A stretch of 64,000 bases of DNA from positions 192,001 to 256,000 of the forward strand of contig CAVPCR010000001.1 of assembly GCA_963702435.1 (NCBI GenBank), read 5' to 3'. Numbering within the stretch: position 1 is the stretch's first letter; the number at the start of each line of letters is the position of its first letter. The DNA is from Candidatus Eiseniibacteriota bacterium. Lineage in GTDB: Bacteria; Eisenbacteria; RBG-16-71-46; CAVPCR01. The notes beneath the pieces are model-generated. The model saw only the letters and a list, made by a program, of their open reading frames with translations, did not search any database and had not been told where the DNA came from. The position numbers and the translations under genes are program-made. Below, in pieces: positions 18,387 to 28,006 of the stretch.

Positions 18387-19406
18387 TCACCGGGTGCGCG
18401 GGCCGGGTCTCGCCTTGCGCCCTCGCCGCGGTTCGAGCAGGCCCGCCCGAGCCGCGAGCTCGCGGTTCGCCTTGCACCATCGCTTGAACCAGGGCCCGAT
18501 GTCGAGATACTCGATGTAGCGGAGCGCCATCTCGGGGAGAAAGCTCCGCCTGGAGCCACTCTCGATCGCGCGGAGCCGATACTGCGCGATGCCCAGTCGA
18601 GAAGAAACGTCCCGGATGGTCAGACCCATGTGCTCCCGCGCCTGCTCCATGCGGGTCCTGAGCGACTGCCACCTGATGAGGTCCTCCGGCGGTGTGCGGC
18701 CGGGCACCGCACCGAGACCGGCGGCGACCGCTGGATCGAGCATTCCCAGGATGATGCCCGTGGCCGCTGCCACCTCGTCATCGCTCAGGATGCTCGTCTT
18801 TCGGCGGAGCTTGCGCTCGAGCGAAGCGACCACCGCCTCCGCGCCGCGCGGGCGCGCCGGGTTCCCGGCGCGTCGTGATGCGGCAGCCGGGCCTGCGGTG
18901 CCCGTTCGCCTCGTGCGCATGCACTCCTCACACAGGTAGCGATCCCCCATGATCGAGTAGGCGTCCCTCCAGAGATCGATGATGGCCCTGCAAGAACTGC
19001 AATGCGTCGGCGCGAAGGCAGGCGGATCGGGGAGCTTCTCGAAGTTGTACTCGTTCGTCCCATAGGCGACGACCATCTCGGGGACGAACGCATCGCGGCA
19101 CCGGGCGCACGCGGTCCACCGCCCGGGATGGTCCTCGGCATGGTGATACCCGCACAGGGTGAACCGGCGGTGATTCCGGAAGCAGCTGTTCCGGGCGTAG
19201 GAGAAGAGGACGTACTTGTCCTCGTCGTCGCAAATCCAGTTGTCGCAGCACGGGGTCCGGGTGAGACCGGTGGTCTTGCCGCAGAGCCCGCACCGGCGAT
19301 CGGCGGGCTTGCCCCCGGCCGGAGCCGGACGCGCTCCCTGGGCCGCGGTCGCTGGTTTCGCTGCCGTTCCGCCGCGCACGACCGAAAGTTTCACGATCGC
19401 CTCCAC
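18387..19406 (-). CDS. Cys/His-rich putative metal-binding domain fused to an XRE-type HTH
   Basis: CGLC, CC, CGYHH, CARC, CSSC, CEEC; C-terminal AREHMGLTIRDVSSRLGIAQYRLRAIESG. Confidence 0.7.
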   Translation of the reverse strand: MEAIVKLSVVRGGTAAKPATAAQGARPAPAGGKPADRRCGLCGKTTGLTRTPCCDNWICDDEDKYVLFSYARNSCFRNHRRFTLCGYHHAEDHPGRWTACARCRDAFVPEMVVAYGTNEYNFEKLPDPPAFAPTHCSSCRAIIDLWRDAYSIMGDRYLCEECMRTRRTGTAGPAAASRRAGNPARPRGAEAVVASLERKLRRKTSILSDDEVAAATGIILGMLDPAVAAGLGAVPGRTPPEDLIRWQSLRTRMEQAREHMGLTIRDVSSRLGIAQYRLRAIESGSRRSFLPEMALRYIEYLDIGPWFKRWCKANRELAARAGLLEPRRGRKARPGPRTR

Positions 19407-19443
19407 GATGACCAGGGGACTGATGCGAGGAGCGTCCCGCCCA

Positions 19444-21038
19444 TCACTGCGCCTTCGCGCCGGCCAGGTGCTCTCTCAAGATCGTCTTGATCTCGTCGCT
19501 CGTGTTCAAGTTCTCGATGATGTCCGCCGTGACCTGCGGCTTGGCGCCGCGGGACAGGAGCCAGACCACCGCGTCCTTCTTCCGCGCAACCATGGCCAGC
19601 CCGATCGGCGTCCACTCCTCATCGCTCATGGCGTCGATATCGGCCCCGCCCTTCACCAGGGCCTCCATGACCGGAATGTTCCCGTAGCGAGCGGCCACCT
19701 CGAGCGGGGTCACGTTCGTCCAGGGCTTGACGAGGGGGAAGAACCGCATCTGCCCCCGCGCGTCCACCGGCACTCCCTTCGCGAGGAGATAGGCCACGAC
19801 CTCCGTTTGACCCTCCGCGGCCGCCGCATGCAGCAGCGATCCGCCCAGCGTCCCCTCCGGCGCCACGAACTTGAGGTCGCCGCCGCGGCTCTCGAGGAGC
19901 TTCACGATCTCGAGGCGGCCGCCGCACGCGGCGGTCCACAGGGGCGTCACCTCCGACGTGAAGCCGGAGTAGAACAGTTCCACTCGCCCCGCTCGTCCGC
20001 GGAGACGCCCTGGTCGAGGAAGTAGGACACCGCGTCGGCATGGCCCAGGTGGGCTGCGTTGTGGATCGGCTTGCCGCGGAACCTGCTGGGCATGTTGGGG
20101 TCCGCGCCGCGAGCCACCAGCAGCGCGGCGATGGCGCCGGTCTTGGCGAAGTGGATCGGTTGGTCATCGCCTTCGGGGAAGTGCCACGGCGCGCCCTTGC
20201 TCAAGAGCATCTCGACGGTCGCTTGCGAGCCGGACTGCGCCGCATAGTGCAGAGGCGCGAGTTCCCCGGCATCGAGCTCGCCGACCCTGGCGCCCCGCTC
20301 GACCAGGAGAGACGCCGCCTCGGTCTGACCGGCCGCGGCCGCCCAGTGGAGAGTTGTGCCGAGGACCGGCGGCCAGCCCCCGCCGAAGGACGTGGCCGTG
20401 CCGTCTCCATCCATGAGTATGCCGCTGAACGGCGCGCGCACCTTGATGCTGGGATCGGCGCCGGCGTCCAGCAGGCGGCGCATGGCCGGGAGGCAGCCGG
20501 CGCGCGCCGCCCAGTGCAACGGCGTCGCGTCGTCGTCGCCGCGGACATTGACGTCGGCGCCGCGAGCGATGAGGAGCTCGACCACGGCATCCCGGCACTT
20601 GCCGGCGGCCACGTGGAGCGGCGCCGCGCCGGCGCCCTCCGTTCCGTTGATGTCCGTTCCCTGGTCGAGGAGCCCGCGCACCTCCGCGAGGTCACCCTTC
20701 TCGGCCGCGCGGTGGATCACCGTCTTCTGGATGTTGCTGATCCCCTCCTGTGCCGCGGCTGCATACGTGCCCTCCGGATGTCGCTTCAAGAACCACTCGA
20801 ACTTCTCCTCGGTGTTCGTCGACTCGGCGGCGGCCCAGTCCAGCTCCTCGAGGCGCGTCTTCGCCGCCTCGGCATGCTGGCTGTTCGGGTGCCTGGCCAG
20901 GAAAGCCTCGTAGGCCTTGGCCCGGTCGGTGCTCTGCGCCTTGGCCCAGCGGCTTTCCTCGGAGCCGCAGCCAGGAGCGAGGAGCACGAGCAGCAGTCCG
21001 AATAGAAGACCTGCACGAACGTGTCCTTGGCTAATCAT
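19444..21038 (-). pseudogene. ankyrin-repeat lipoprotein, frameshifted near 19980
   Basis: Lipobox LAPGC; TPLH.AA repeats in both ORFs 19947..21038 and 19444..19983, which join with a 1-nt shift. Confidence 0.78.
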
Positions 21039-21152
21039 GAGTCCCTCCGCTCAGGCGGCCGCCGATCCCGCCGGCCCGCGACGTGCGGCATGGAAGCCGC
21101 GACGGCGGGAGTCTGTTTCCTGCTGCTCAGTCTACCGCCGCGCCAACCTCCA

Positions 21153-21539
21153 TCAAGCCAGGTCGGCCCCCTGCTCCTGCAACAACGACTTGAGGACGGA
21201 ACGGTGGCAGCGCTCCTCGTCCGCGCAGTAGCAGCCCACCGAGAGGTTGGTCTGGCGGGAGAGCGCGGCCAGGAGCGCGAGGAGCCGCGTGACCTCGGGG
21301 CGCTTCATCTCGGCGCGATACCGCCGCACGAAGCTCCGCCATGCGCGCTCGTCGGAAGCTCGGAGCGCCTCCTTGAGCAAGCCCTCCGAGGGCGCGAGTT
21401 CCGGCACCCACACATCGTAGAAGTTCCGTGACGCATACTCCGCCTTCGGCACGCCGCGCGGCGGGCGGCGCACCGTCCCCAGGCGCAGGCCCTCATCGCG
21501 TGTCCGCGGGCTGCCCAGCCGCACCACCAGAATGGCCAA
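21153..21539 (-). CDS. DUF488 (YeaO-like) family protein
   Basis: RLGTVRRPPRGVPK, WVPELAPS, CYCADEERCHRS; TTG start with GGAGG RBS. Confidence 0.9.
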   Translation of the reverse strand: MAILVVRLGSPRTRDEGLRLGTVRRPPRGVPKAEYASRNFYDVWVPELAPSEGLLKEALRASDERAWRSFVRRYRAEMKRPEVTRLLALLAALSRQTNLSVGCYCADEERCHRSVLKSLLQEQGADLA

Positions 21540-21634
21540 CTCGAGTCGCCTCCATCGCTCGGCGGGCGTGCTGCCAGCCGGCAATGCGCGCGGCACGCGC
21601 TCTCCGCCGGCGCCTCCTGTGCCGCGACGAACCC

Positions 21635-22228
21635 TCAGAACCCCCTGCCCAGCTCGTAGGCTCTCTTCAGATTCCGCGCGCGGTGCGTGTCGTCGAGCGG
21701 CATCATGCCACCGAGGATCTCCATGTGGGCTTCCTTGACGCCGGCCCCGAGCAGGCGGTCATTCAGCATGATGCGCCGCATGCTGTCCGCGATGCCGATC
21801 TCCTCCAGGTGCTCCGCCGTGTGGCCCGCCGAGCACACGACGAGTGCCTTCTCGATGCTCATCCTGGTGCCCCGAGTCCCGGCCGCATCATAGAGGTAAG
21901 CGTATCCGCAGGTGAAGACCCGGTCGAACCACCCCTTGAGCTTCGCCGGACAATCGCTCCACCACACCGGATAGATGAAGACCAGCCCGCCGGCGCCGTT
22001 GATCCTGGCCTGTTCGCGCTCGACGTCTCGGGGCACCGGCAGGTCCGGGCTTCCGGAGGTCTCTCGGAGGTATTGCGCTTCATCCATCTCCGATTGAAAG
22101 CCCATCGCGTAGAGGTCGGCGACTTCGTAGCTGTGCCCCGCTTCCTCGAGGCCTCGGGTGAAGGCGGCGAGCACGCTCTTGCTGAAGGACTTGTGGCTCG
22201 GATGAGCGAAGACTACGTAGACGTGCAT
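21635..22228 (-). CDS. NAD(P)H-dependent oxidoreductase, flavodoxin-2 family
   Basis: VVFAHPSHKSFS, DLYAMGF, YPVWWSDCPAKLKGWFDRV. Confidence 0.92.
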   Translation of the reverse strand: MHVYVVFAHPSHKSFSKSVLAAFTRGLEEAGHSYEVADLYAMGFQSEMDEAQYLRETSGSPDLPVPRDVEREQARINGAGGLVFIYPVWWSDCPAKLKGWFDRVFTCGYAYLYDAAGTRGTRMSIEKALVVCSAGHTAEHLEEIGIADSMRRIMLNDRLLGAGVKEAHMEILGGMMPLDDTHRARNLKRAYELGRGF

Positions 22229-22263
22229 GGTCACACCATCCCCGCGCGCGCTACTCATGCGCA

Positions 22264-22371
22264 TCATACAACGAACGGGATGAACCGGCGAGTGCGCGCC
22301 AGGTACTCCCTGTACTGGCCGCCGAAACGAGCGAGGTTCTCCGCCTCCTGAAGCGAGGCGTAGAGCAGCGA
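22264..22371 (-). pseudogene. isoprenylcysteine-carboxyl-methyltransferase-like C-terminal remnant
   Basis: Manual translation: SLLYASLQEAENLARFGGQYREYLARTRRFIPFVV*. Confidence 0.6.
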
Positions 22372-23604
22372 CTAGTCGAACCAACCGGCGAGCCCCAGGA
22401 ACGGTCCCGGCAAGCCCGCCGTCGGGATGGACACGACGATCCGCTCCTCGCCGCGGTCCAGGTCCTTGAGCCACACGTCGCACGAGTCGGCCCGGTCGGA
22501 CAGCAGGAGGCTCGCCGCCGCGACGTACCGTCCTGAGGGGGAAAGCGAGTATGCGACCTGGATCCCGGTATACAACGTGGCCGCCGGGCCGAAGCTCACG
22601 TCCGTGCCCTCCCCCATGTCCGCCCGCGCCCGGATCAGGGAGAAGCGGAACGGCTGGCGCTCGCGCTCCTCCCCGCTCGCGGGCTGCATCGTTTCGAAGA
22701 GATACTCGCCGCTCGGCAGCACTCCGATCGCGCGTGCCGCCAGGAGCGGCGCCGATCCGTCGGCGAGCGGCAACGCAGCAAGTCGCTCGAGATGCCCGCC
22801 GTCTTCGTCCATCAGATACGTCCCCACCAGGTCGTACGACTCCTCCGAGGTGAGGTCGGCATCCCCGGTGGCGAGCGAGAAGTAGAGCCGCTCGCGTCCC
22901 GGGACCCAGCCGACGCTCGTGGCGTGGCAATCCAGAAACGTTTCGGTGACGTCGATCTGATGGAGAAGCGTCCCGGTCGCAACATCGTGGAGGAAGATGA
23001 ACTGGCGCCGGTCCATTCCGCTGACGTAGCCGATGCGGGTCCCGGTCGCGTTGACGAAGAGATCGCCCGCCGATCCGTCGCCCATCACCGGGCCGATCCG
23101 CCGCACCGCGTTCGAGCCGTCGGCCGCGAGCTCGTAGAGCCCGCGCTCCGCCGGAGCGGGGAGCCCCCCGCGCCGCCCGGCCGCTCGCGCGAACATCCTG
23201 CCGCCGGCGGCGACCGGGAAGTGGAAGACGTAGAGGGACTGCGTCAGGACAATGGATGTCGCCTCGTCGGAGAAGACGAGCCGCTCTTCGCGCGTCTCGG
23301 GGTCGACGGCGAAGATCTCCGTCTTCGCCGCGGTGTAGTCGGACCCCTTGTGCACGATGGCATAGATGAGCTTCTCGCCGGCCTCGGCGCCGGGCGCGAG
23401 CGCAACGAACGCGAAGCCCAGGAGACACACGAGGCCCATGCGGATCGAGATGGCGGCGCCGAGCGCGCCCGCGCAGCGCGCGGTCTCGCCGGCGAAGACG
23501 AGGGCGGACCTGAGCGCCGGCCCGAGGACGGAACGGACGGGCACGGCAGGCTCAGGCAGCTCGGCGCGGCGACCCCGCCGGAACGCCCGCAGCATCGACC
23601 TCAC
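22372..23604 (-). CDS. putative exported beta-propeller (TolB-like) protein; start uncertain
   Basis: Hydrophobic signal segment, beta-rich repeats (LSPSGRYVA, VNATGTRIGY). Confidence 0.65.
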   Translation of the reverse strand: MRSMLRAFRRGRRAELPEPAVPVRSVLGPALRSALVFAGETARCAGALGAAISIRMGLVCLLGFAFVALAPGAEAGEKLIYAIVHKGSDYTAAKTEIFAVDPETREERLVFSDEATSIVLTQSLYVFHFPVAAGGRMFARAAGRRGGLPAPAERGLYELAADGSNAVRRIGPVMGDGSAGDLFVNATGTRIGYVSGMDRRQFIFLHDVATGTLLHQIDVTETFLDCHATSVGWVPGRERLYFSLATGDADLTSEESYDLVGTYLMDEDGGHLERLAALPLADGSAPLLAARAIGVLPSGEYLFETMQPASGEERERQPFRFSLIRARADMGEGTDVSFGPAATLYTGIQVAYSLSPSGRYVAAASLLLSDRADSCDVWLKDLDRGEERIVVSIPTAGLPGPFLGLAGWFD

Positions 23605-24112
23605 CGATGATGCGCTCGACCAGCCGCCTGAGGGGGCGGCGATGGACGGCGATCAGGAGCCACGGCCATACGAATCCCCAGAAGAGGACCATTCCCCAGA
23701 CGATGACGATGTTCTGATCGGCTGAGATACCCGGGACCATGCGCCCGGGCTGGCTCTCGATGTAGGAGCGCGCGTCGGCGAAGAGGAGAAGGAGCAGACC
23801 GACCATCCCGATAGCGCCGCACAGGCCCAGTGCGTAGGCGGCCCAGCGCCAGTAACGGACCTGGTACTGGACGATGCCCGACTCGGGGAACCGGAGATCG
23901 ATCTCGTTGAGGCCGACGTTCAGTGCGGTCTTCCAGTCGGTCGCACGGATTCGCATGTGGTCGGCGCCGGTCTCGGTGACGACATACTGCGAACGCGGAT
24001 GCGGCTGGCCCGTGAGGAGACCTTGCGCAACGCGACGGGCAAGGCCCTCGCGAAAGGCCGGCGCCGCCGTTCTGATCGGAGCGGTACCCTCGATGACCGG
24101 TGCGAGGATCAT
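23552..24112 (-). CDS. hypothetical membrane protein
   Basis: Two TM helices; GGAGG RBS. Confidence 0.7.
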   Translation of the reverse strand: MILAPVIEGTAPIRTAAPAFREGLARRVAQGLLTGQPHPRSQYVVTETGADHMRIRATDWKTALNVGLNEIDLRFPESGIVQYQVRYWRWAAYALGLCGAIGMVGLLLLLFADARSYIESQPGRMVPGISADQNIVIVWGMVLFWGFVWPWLLIAVHRRPLRRLVERIIGEVDAAGVPAGSPRRAA

Positions 24113-24220
24113 GGCATGCCTCCGAAACCACCTGGCCCTGGATGCGAGCCCTCATGGTCTATCGGCACCGCGGACACCGATCCCAACCAGGGCCCGGCTG
24201 GTCCACGGCGCGGCCGGACA

Positions 24221-24640
24221 TCATGTCTCCCGCTCCGGGGCCGCCCCGAGAGTCCGCGCGTGGTGGAGCAGCTCCGCCACGGATCGCGCCGACCGGAAGA
24301 GGGCCTTGAGCTCGTCCGGCTCGACGAACTGGGAGTAGAGATCGCCGGGATCCCGATCCACGCACGCGCACAGAAGCTCCGCGACCTCCCCCAGCGGGCG
24401 CTGCTCGGGCCCCGACAGCCGAAGCTGCACCTTGAGCTTGCGGTTCAAGAGCCGGTCGAGGTGGCTCGGAGGCCGGTCCGGCACCGCCTCGCTGACCACC
24501 CAGAAGTCGCCTGCGGCATCGAGGAAGCGGAGTCCAGCGAAGAACCCGTGGCGATAGGCCGCCCACGAGCAGCTGGTGAGCGGCTCGTCGGTCACCGCGA
24601 ACGAGCCTTCGGCAGCGATCCACAACGCAGGGAGCTTCAT
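24221..24640 (-). CDS. hypothetical protein
   Basis: AGGAGG RBS before MKLPALW; protein-like composition. Confidence 0.65.
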   Translation of the reverse strand: MKLPALWIAAEGSFAVTDEPLTSCSWAAYRHGFFAGLRFLDAAGDFWVVSEAVPDRPPSHLDRLLNRKLKVQLRLSGPEQRPLGEVAELLCACVDRDPGDLYSQFVEPDELKALFRSARSVAELLHHARTLGAAPERET

Positions 24641-24686
24641 CCCGACCTCCTGAATGCGTGCCGCCCGGCACGAGTCGCCGGCCGAT

Positions 24687-25724
24687 CTAGCCGCCGAGCT
24701 CGGCGGTCCTGGGTCTCTCGATCCCCCGCTGTCCCCGCCGCCACGCCCCCGGCGCCACCCCGACCTCGCGCTTGAACGCCCGCGAGAACGCGGCCTCGCT
24801 CTCGTAGCCGACATCGAGCGCGATCTCCACGAGCTTCGCGCTCGTGTCGCGGAGGAGCCCCGCGGCGAGCTGCATCCGCCACCGCGTCAGGTACTGCATG
24901 GGCGGTTGCCCGATGAAGTGGACGAAGCGCTCGTGGAGCGACGACCGCGAGAGCCCCGCCTCCGCGCCGAGCTGCTCGAGCGTCCATGGCTCGGCGGGGC
25001 GCTCGTGGAGGAGCGCGAGGGCGCGGCCGACCGCGGGGTCACGCATCCCGGCGAGCCATCCGGTCTGCTCGGGTGGGAGCGCATCGATGTGCCGGCGCAG
25101 GACCTCGACGAAGAGCATCTCGCTCATCCGCTCGAGGACCGCCTCACCGCCCGGGCGGCGCTGGTTCGACTCGGCGACGACTTGGCGCAGGAAGGTCGTG
25201 ACCCAGGAATCGGCGCCGAGCGTGCTCCCGGGCACCTGCAGCACCCGCGGCAGAGCCGTGAGGAGCGGGTTGAAGGGCTTCGCGTCGAGACCCAGGAATC
25301 CGCAGACGATGGTCGCGCGATCGCGCCCGCCGCCGTCGAGGCGGGCGGTCGTGATCTCGGCGTCCCGCATGCTGAGCGCGTAGGGAAGCTGTGGCGGGCG
25401 CGGTGAGAAGAAGAAGCTCGTGTCGGAGCTCGGAGCGCGCATGCCCGGCGCGCTCGACATGACGTGCGCGTCGCCCTGCGGGAACAGGATCACGTCGCCC
25501 GCATCGAGGCGGATCGGCGACTCCCCGACGATCGCCGCCCAGCAGGAGCCGCTGACGATCCCGTGGAACTCGATCATGTGCTCCGCGCCGGGCATGATCG
25601 CGGGGATGATGTCGCACGCGGCCGGCGCCTCGGCCACCCAGGGCGAGGCCCCCTCGATGTAGTAGAAGAGCGCGCCGCGGAAGCGAACGGCACGGAGCAG
25701 ATCGGACAGGGTGTCGCCGGACAC
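24687..25724 (-). CDS. AraC-family regulator with cupin N-terminal domain
   Basis: DTLSDLLRAVR, DPAVGRALALLH, PMQYLTRWRM, VGYESEAAFSRAFKR. Confidence 0.95.
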   Translation of the reverse strand: MSGDTLSDLLRAVRFRGALFYYIEGASPWVAEAPAACDIIPAIMPGAEHMIEFHGIVSGSCWAAIVGESPIRLDAGDVILFPQGDAHVMSSAPGMRAPSSDTSFFFSPRPPQLPYALSMRDAEITTARLDGGGRDRATIVCGFLGLDAKPFNPLLTALPRVLQVPGSTLGADSWVTTFLRQVVAESNQRRPGGEAVLERMSEMLFVEVLRRHIDALPPEQTGWLAGMRDPAVGRALALLHERPAEPWTLEQLGAEAGLSRSSLHERFVHFIGQPPMQYLTRWRMQLAAGLLRDTSAKLVEIALDVGYESEAAFSRAFKREVGVAPGAWRRGQRGIERPRTAELGG

Positions 25725-25782
25725 GATCCCCCCGGGACGATGGCGCCGAGGCTTCAGGCCGCGGGGTCCCCGGGACACCGGC

Positions 25783-25848
25783 GGACGCCCGGCAAGGTCG
25801 GCCGGACCTCCGGCAAGGATGGCGATGCGATTCGGACGCTCGGTCAAG
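25783..25848. promoter_or_regulatory. putative AraC operator direct repeats
   Basis: GGACGCCCGGCAAG (25783), GGACCTCCGGCAAG (25804; 21-bp spacing) and GGACGCTCGGTCAAG (25834) between divergent genes. Confidence 0.6.
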
Positions 25849-25985
25849 TCTTAGCGACGCCCGGCGTGACGGTCAACTCCCGAGTCCGGGCACACTCCCT
25901 CCATGAGCGCGGCCCGATCCCGGTGGCCCGCGCGAGCCGGCCGCTCGCCGGCCGGCTCCTCCACTCGAACGAAGGAGATGTCCCG

Positions 25986-26843
25986 ATGAATCCGCTGACT
26001 GCCACCCCCCAGTATCCCCACTCGCTCCTCACCGACCGCCCGGCCCCCGACCTCGGCGCGATCAAGACTCGCCAGCAGGCCACCTGGGCCGCCGGCGACT
26101 TCGGCCAGATCGGCGTGCGGCTCCAGTCGGTCGGCGAGGCGCTCTGCGAGGCCGTCGACCTCCAGGCCACCCACCGCGTGCTCGATGTCGCGGCCGGGAA
26201 CGGCAACGCCTCGCTCGCCGCCGCCCGTCACTTCGCGGACGTGACCTCGACCGACTACGTTCCGGACCTCCTCGAGCAAGGCCGGCGCCGCGCCGAGGCC
26301 GACCGCCTCCCGATCGACTTCCGGGTGGCCGACGCGGAAGCGCTGCCGTTCGACGACGGATCGTTCGACGTCGTCCTCTCGACCTTCGGCGTCATGTTCG
26401 CGCCGGACCAGGAGCGGGCCGCGCGGGAGCTCCTGCGCGTGACGAAGCCGGGCGGGAAGATCGGGCTCGCCAACTGGACTCCCGACGGCTTCATCGGGGA
26501 TCTCTTCCGCGTGATGAGCGGGATCGTGCCGCCGCCGGCCGGGCTGCGCTCGCCGATGGAATGGGGTTCCGAGCCGCGGCTCGTCGAGCTCTTCGGTCCG
26601 GCGGCCACCGGCCTCGCGACGACGCGGCGGACGTATACGTTCCGCTATCGCTCGGCCGAGCACTGGATCGAGATCTTCCGCACGTTCTACGGACCGACGC
26701 ACAAGGCGTTCGCGGCGCTCGACGCGGCAGGACGCGAGAGGCTCCACTCAGCCCTCCTCGACCTCCTCGGGCGCTGGAACCGCGGCAACGGCGCCGGCCT
26801 CTGCGTGCCGGGCGACTACCTCGAGGTCGTCGTGACGAAGTAG
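25986..26843 (+). CDS. class I SAM-dependent methyltransferase
   Basis: VLDVAAGNG, ADAEALPFDDGSFDVV, KPGG; AAGGAG RBS. Confidence 0.95.
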   Translation: MNPLTATPQYPHSLLTDRPAPDLGAIKTRQQATWAAGDFGQIGVRLQSVGEALCEAVDLQATHRVLDVAAGNGNASLAAARHFADVTSTDYVPDLLEQGRRRAEADRLPIDFRVADAEALPFDDGSFDVVLSTFGVMFAPDQERAARELLRVTKPGGKIGLANWTPDGFIGDLFRVMSGIVPPPAGLRSPMEWGSEPRLVELFGPAATGLATTRRTYTFRYRSAEHWIEIFRTFYGPTHKAFAALDAAGRERLHSALLDLLGRWNRGNGAGLCVPGDYLEVVVTK

Positions 26844-26863
26844 CTCAGCGCGCGGGGCCGGAA

Positions 26864-26955
26864 GGTCAACGCGCACCGGCGGCGGCGGGCGGCCTCTCGA
26901 GGCGATCGAATGACGTCACGCAGGGCCGTCCGCCGCGTTCAACCGGCTGGTGGGC
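26864..26955 (-). mobile_element. possible decayed attC
   Basis: Minus strand GCCCACC...gcggcggacggcc...ggccgcccgccgc...GTTGACC just after the GNAT stop. Confidence 0.4.
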
Positions 26956-26962
26956 GGCTCGT

Positions 26963-27481
26963 TCAATCGGCCACCGCTCGGCGCAACGGCATCAGGAAGT
27001 AGACCCCTTGTTCGTTGTCCCCGTGCCCCTCGGGCTGAGCTGCAAAGCCCAGTGACAGCTTGATGTGATAGTTCGCTCGCTTATCGTAGCAGCTGTAAGA
27101 CGCCACCTGGTAGCAGCCGAGATCCCGCGCACGCCGGATCACCCACTTCTGAAGCAACGTGCCGATGCCTCGGCCACGCGAGGCGGGACGAACGGCGAAG
27201 GCATGGATCTTTGCCTCGGTCAGGGGTACCCCATCATGATGGAGGACGGGACAGCGCTCCTCGGATCCGATGGGTTGTATGGCAAAGCGGATCGCGCCTG
27301 CGAGTTCGCCGCCGTCCAGGGCAACGAGAAGAAGAGAGGTGTATCGAGCGTAGCGTTCGCCGACGACGAACGGAACCTGATCAGGCGTGACGTCCTGAAG
27401 GAATTGCAGAAACTCCGGGAAGCGAGAGTGGCCAGCATCCCACTCCTCGAAGACGATCTGGCTTGAAGCCTCACCCTTCAT
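26963..27481 (-). CDS. GNAT family N-acetyltransferase
   Basis: FAVRPASRGRGIG acetyl-CoA motif, LSLGF. Confidence 0.88.
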   Translation of the reverse strand: MKGEASSQIVFEEWDAGHSRFPEFLQFLQDVTPDQVPFVVGERYARYTSLLLVALDGGELAGAIRFAIQPIGSEERCPVLHHDGVPLTEAKIHAFAVRPASRGRGIGTLLQKWVIRRARDLGCYQVASYSCYDKRANYHIKLSLGFAAQPEGHGDNEQGVYFLMPLRRAVAD

Positions 27482-27522
27482 GTAGCCCCCCGGCGTGACC
27501 CCACCGTGCTCGCCGCTTGTTC

Positions 27523-27631
27523 GCCCAACGCTGAAGCTGCCACAAGATCGAGCGATGGCAACGAAGGGTTCCTCCCCGGATGAAGGCGGCGCTTCCTGAC
27601 GGCGGGCCAGGTCGACCGCACTCCGTTCATC
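27523..27631 (-). mobile_element. possible decayed attC
   Basis: Minus strand GATGAAC (contains the upstream TGA) ... GTTGGGC; inner arms weak. Confidence 0.45.
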
Positions 27632-27965
27632 CCTCCCGCCTCTGATCCTCGAACAGCTCGATGAGCGACGCCAGGTGCTCCAGGACCTCCGACGGCAACT
27701 TCTCCTTCGCGATGACGCCGGTGGCGACCGCGTGGGCGAGCGGGATCCGCGGATCCGGCATCGAGTGGCGCTTCCAGATCTCCCTCGCCTCTCCATTGTG
27801 ATAGGCGTGGATCGCGTCATGGAGTTCGGCGGAGGACAGGGTGCCGGCTTCCCACTGCTCGAACTTCCGGGCCAGGGCGCCCAGCGCGACCCGCATCTCG
27901 GCTTCCCACGCCTGACCGGCCAGCTCCCGCAGCAGCTTCTGGACTCTCTTCGTGGGTTCCGGCAT
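27627..27965 (-). CDS. hypothetical protein
   Basis: Helical globular ORF, co-oriented, ends in an attC-like box. Confidence 0.7.
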   Translation of the reverse strand: MPEPTKRVQKLLRELAGQAWEAEMRVALGALARKFEQWEAGTLSSAELHDAIHAYHNGEAREIWKRHSMPDPRIPLAHAVATGVIAKEKLPSEVLEHLASLIELFEDQRREG

Positions 27966-28006
27966 GAGAGGGATCTCCGGCGCCTTGCCCCCCGGCAGCG
28001 AGCTTG

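Noticed and set aside
21635..23428. 597-aa fusion ORF
   Set aside because: Only the last ~197 aa are flavodoxin-like; the rest overlaps another gene in an alternate frame.
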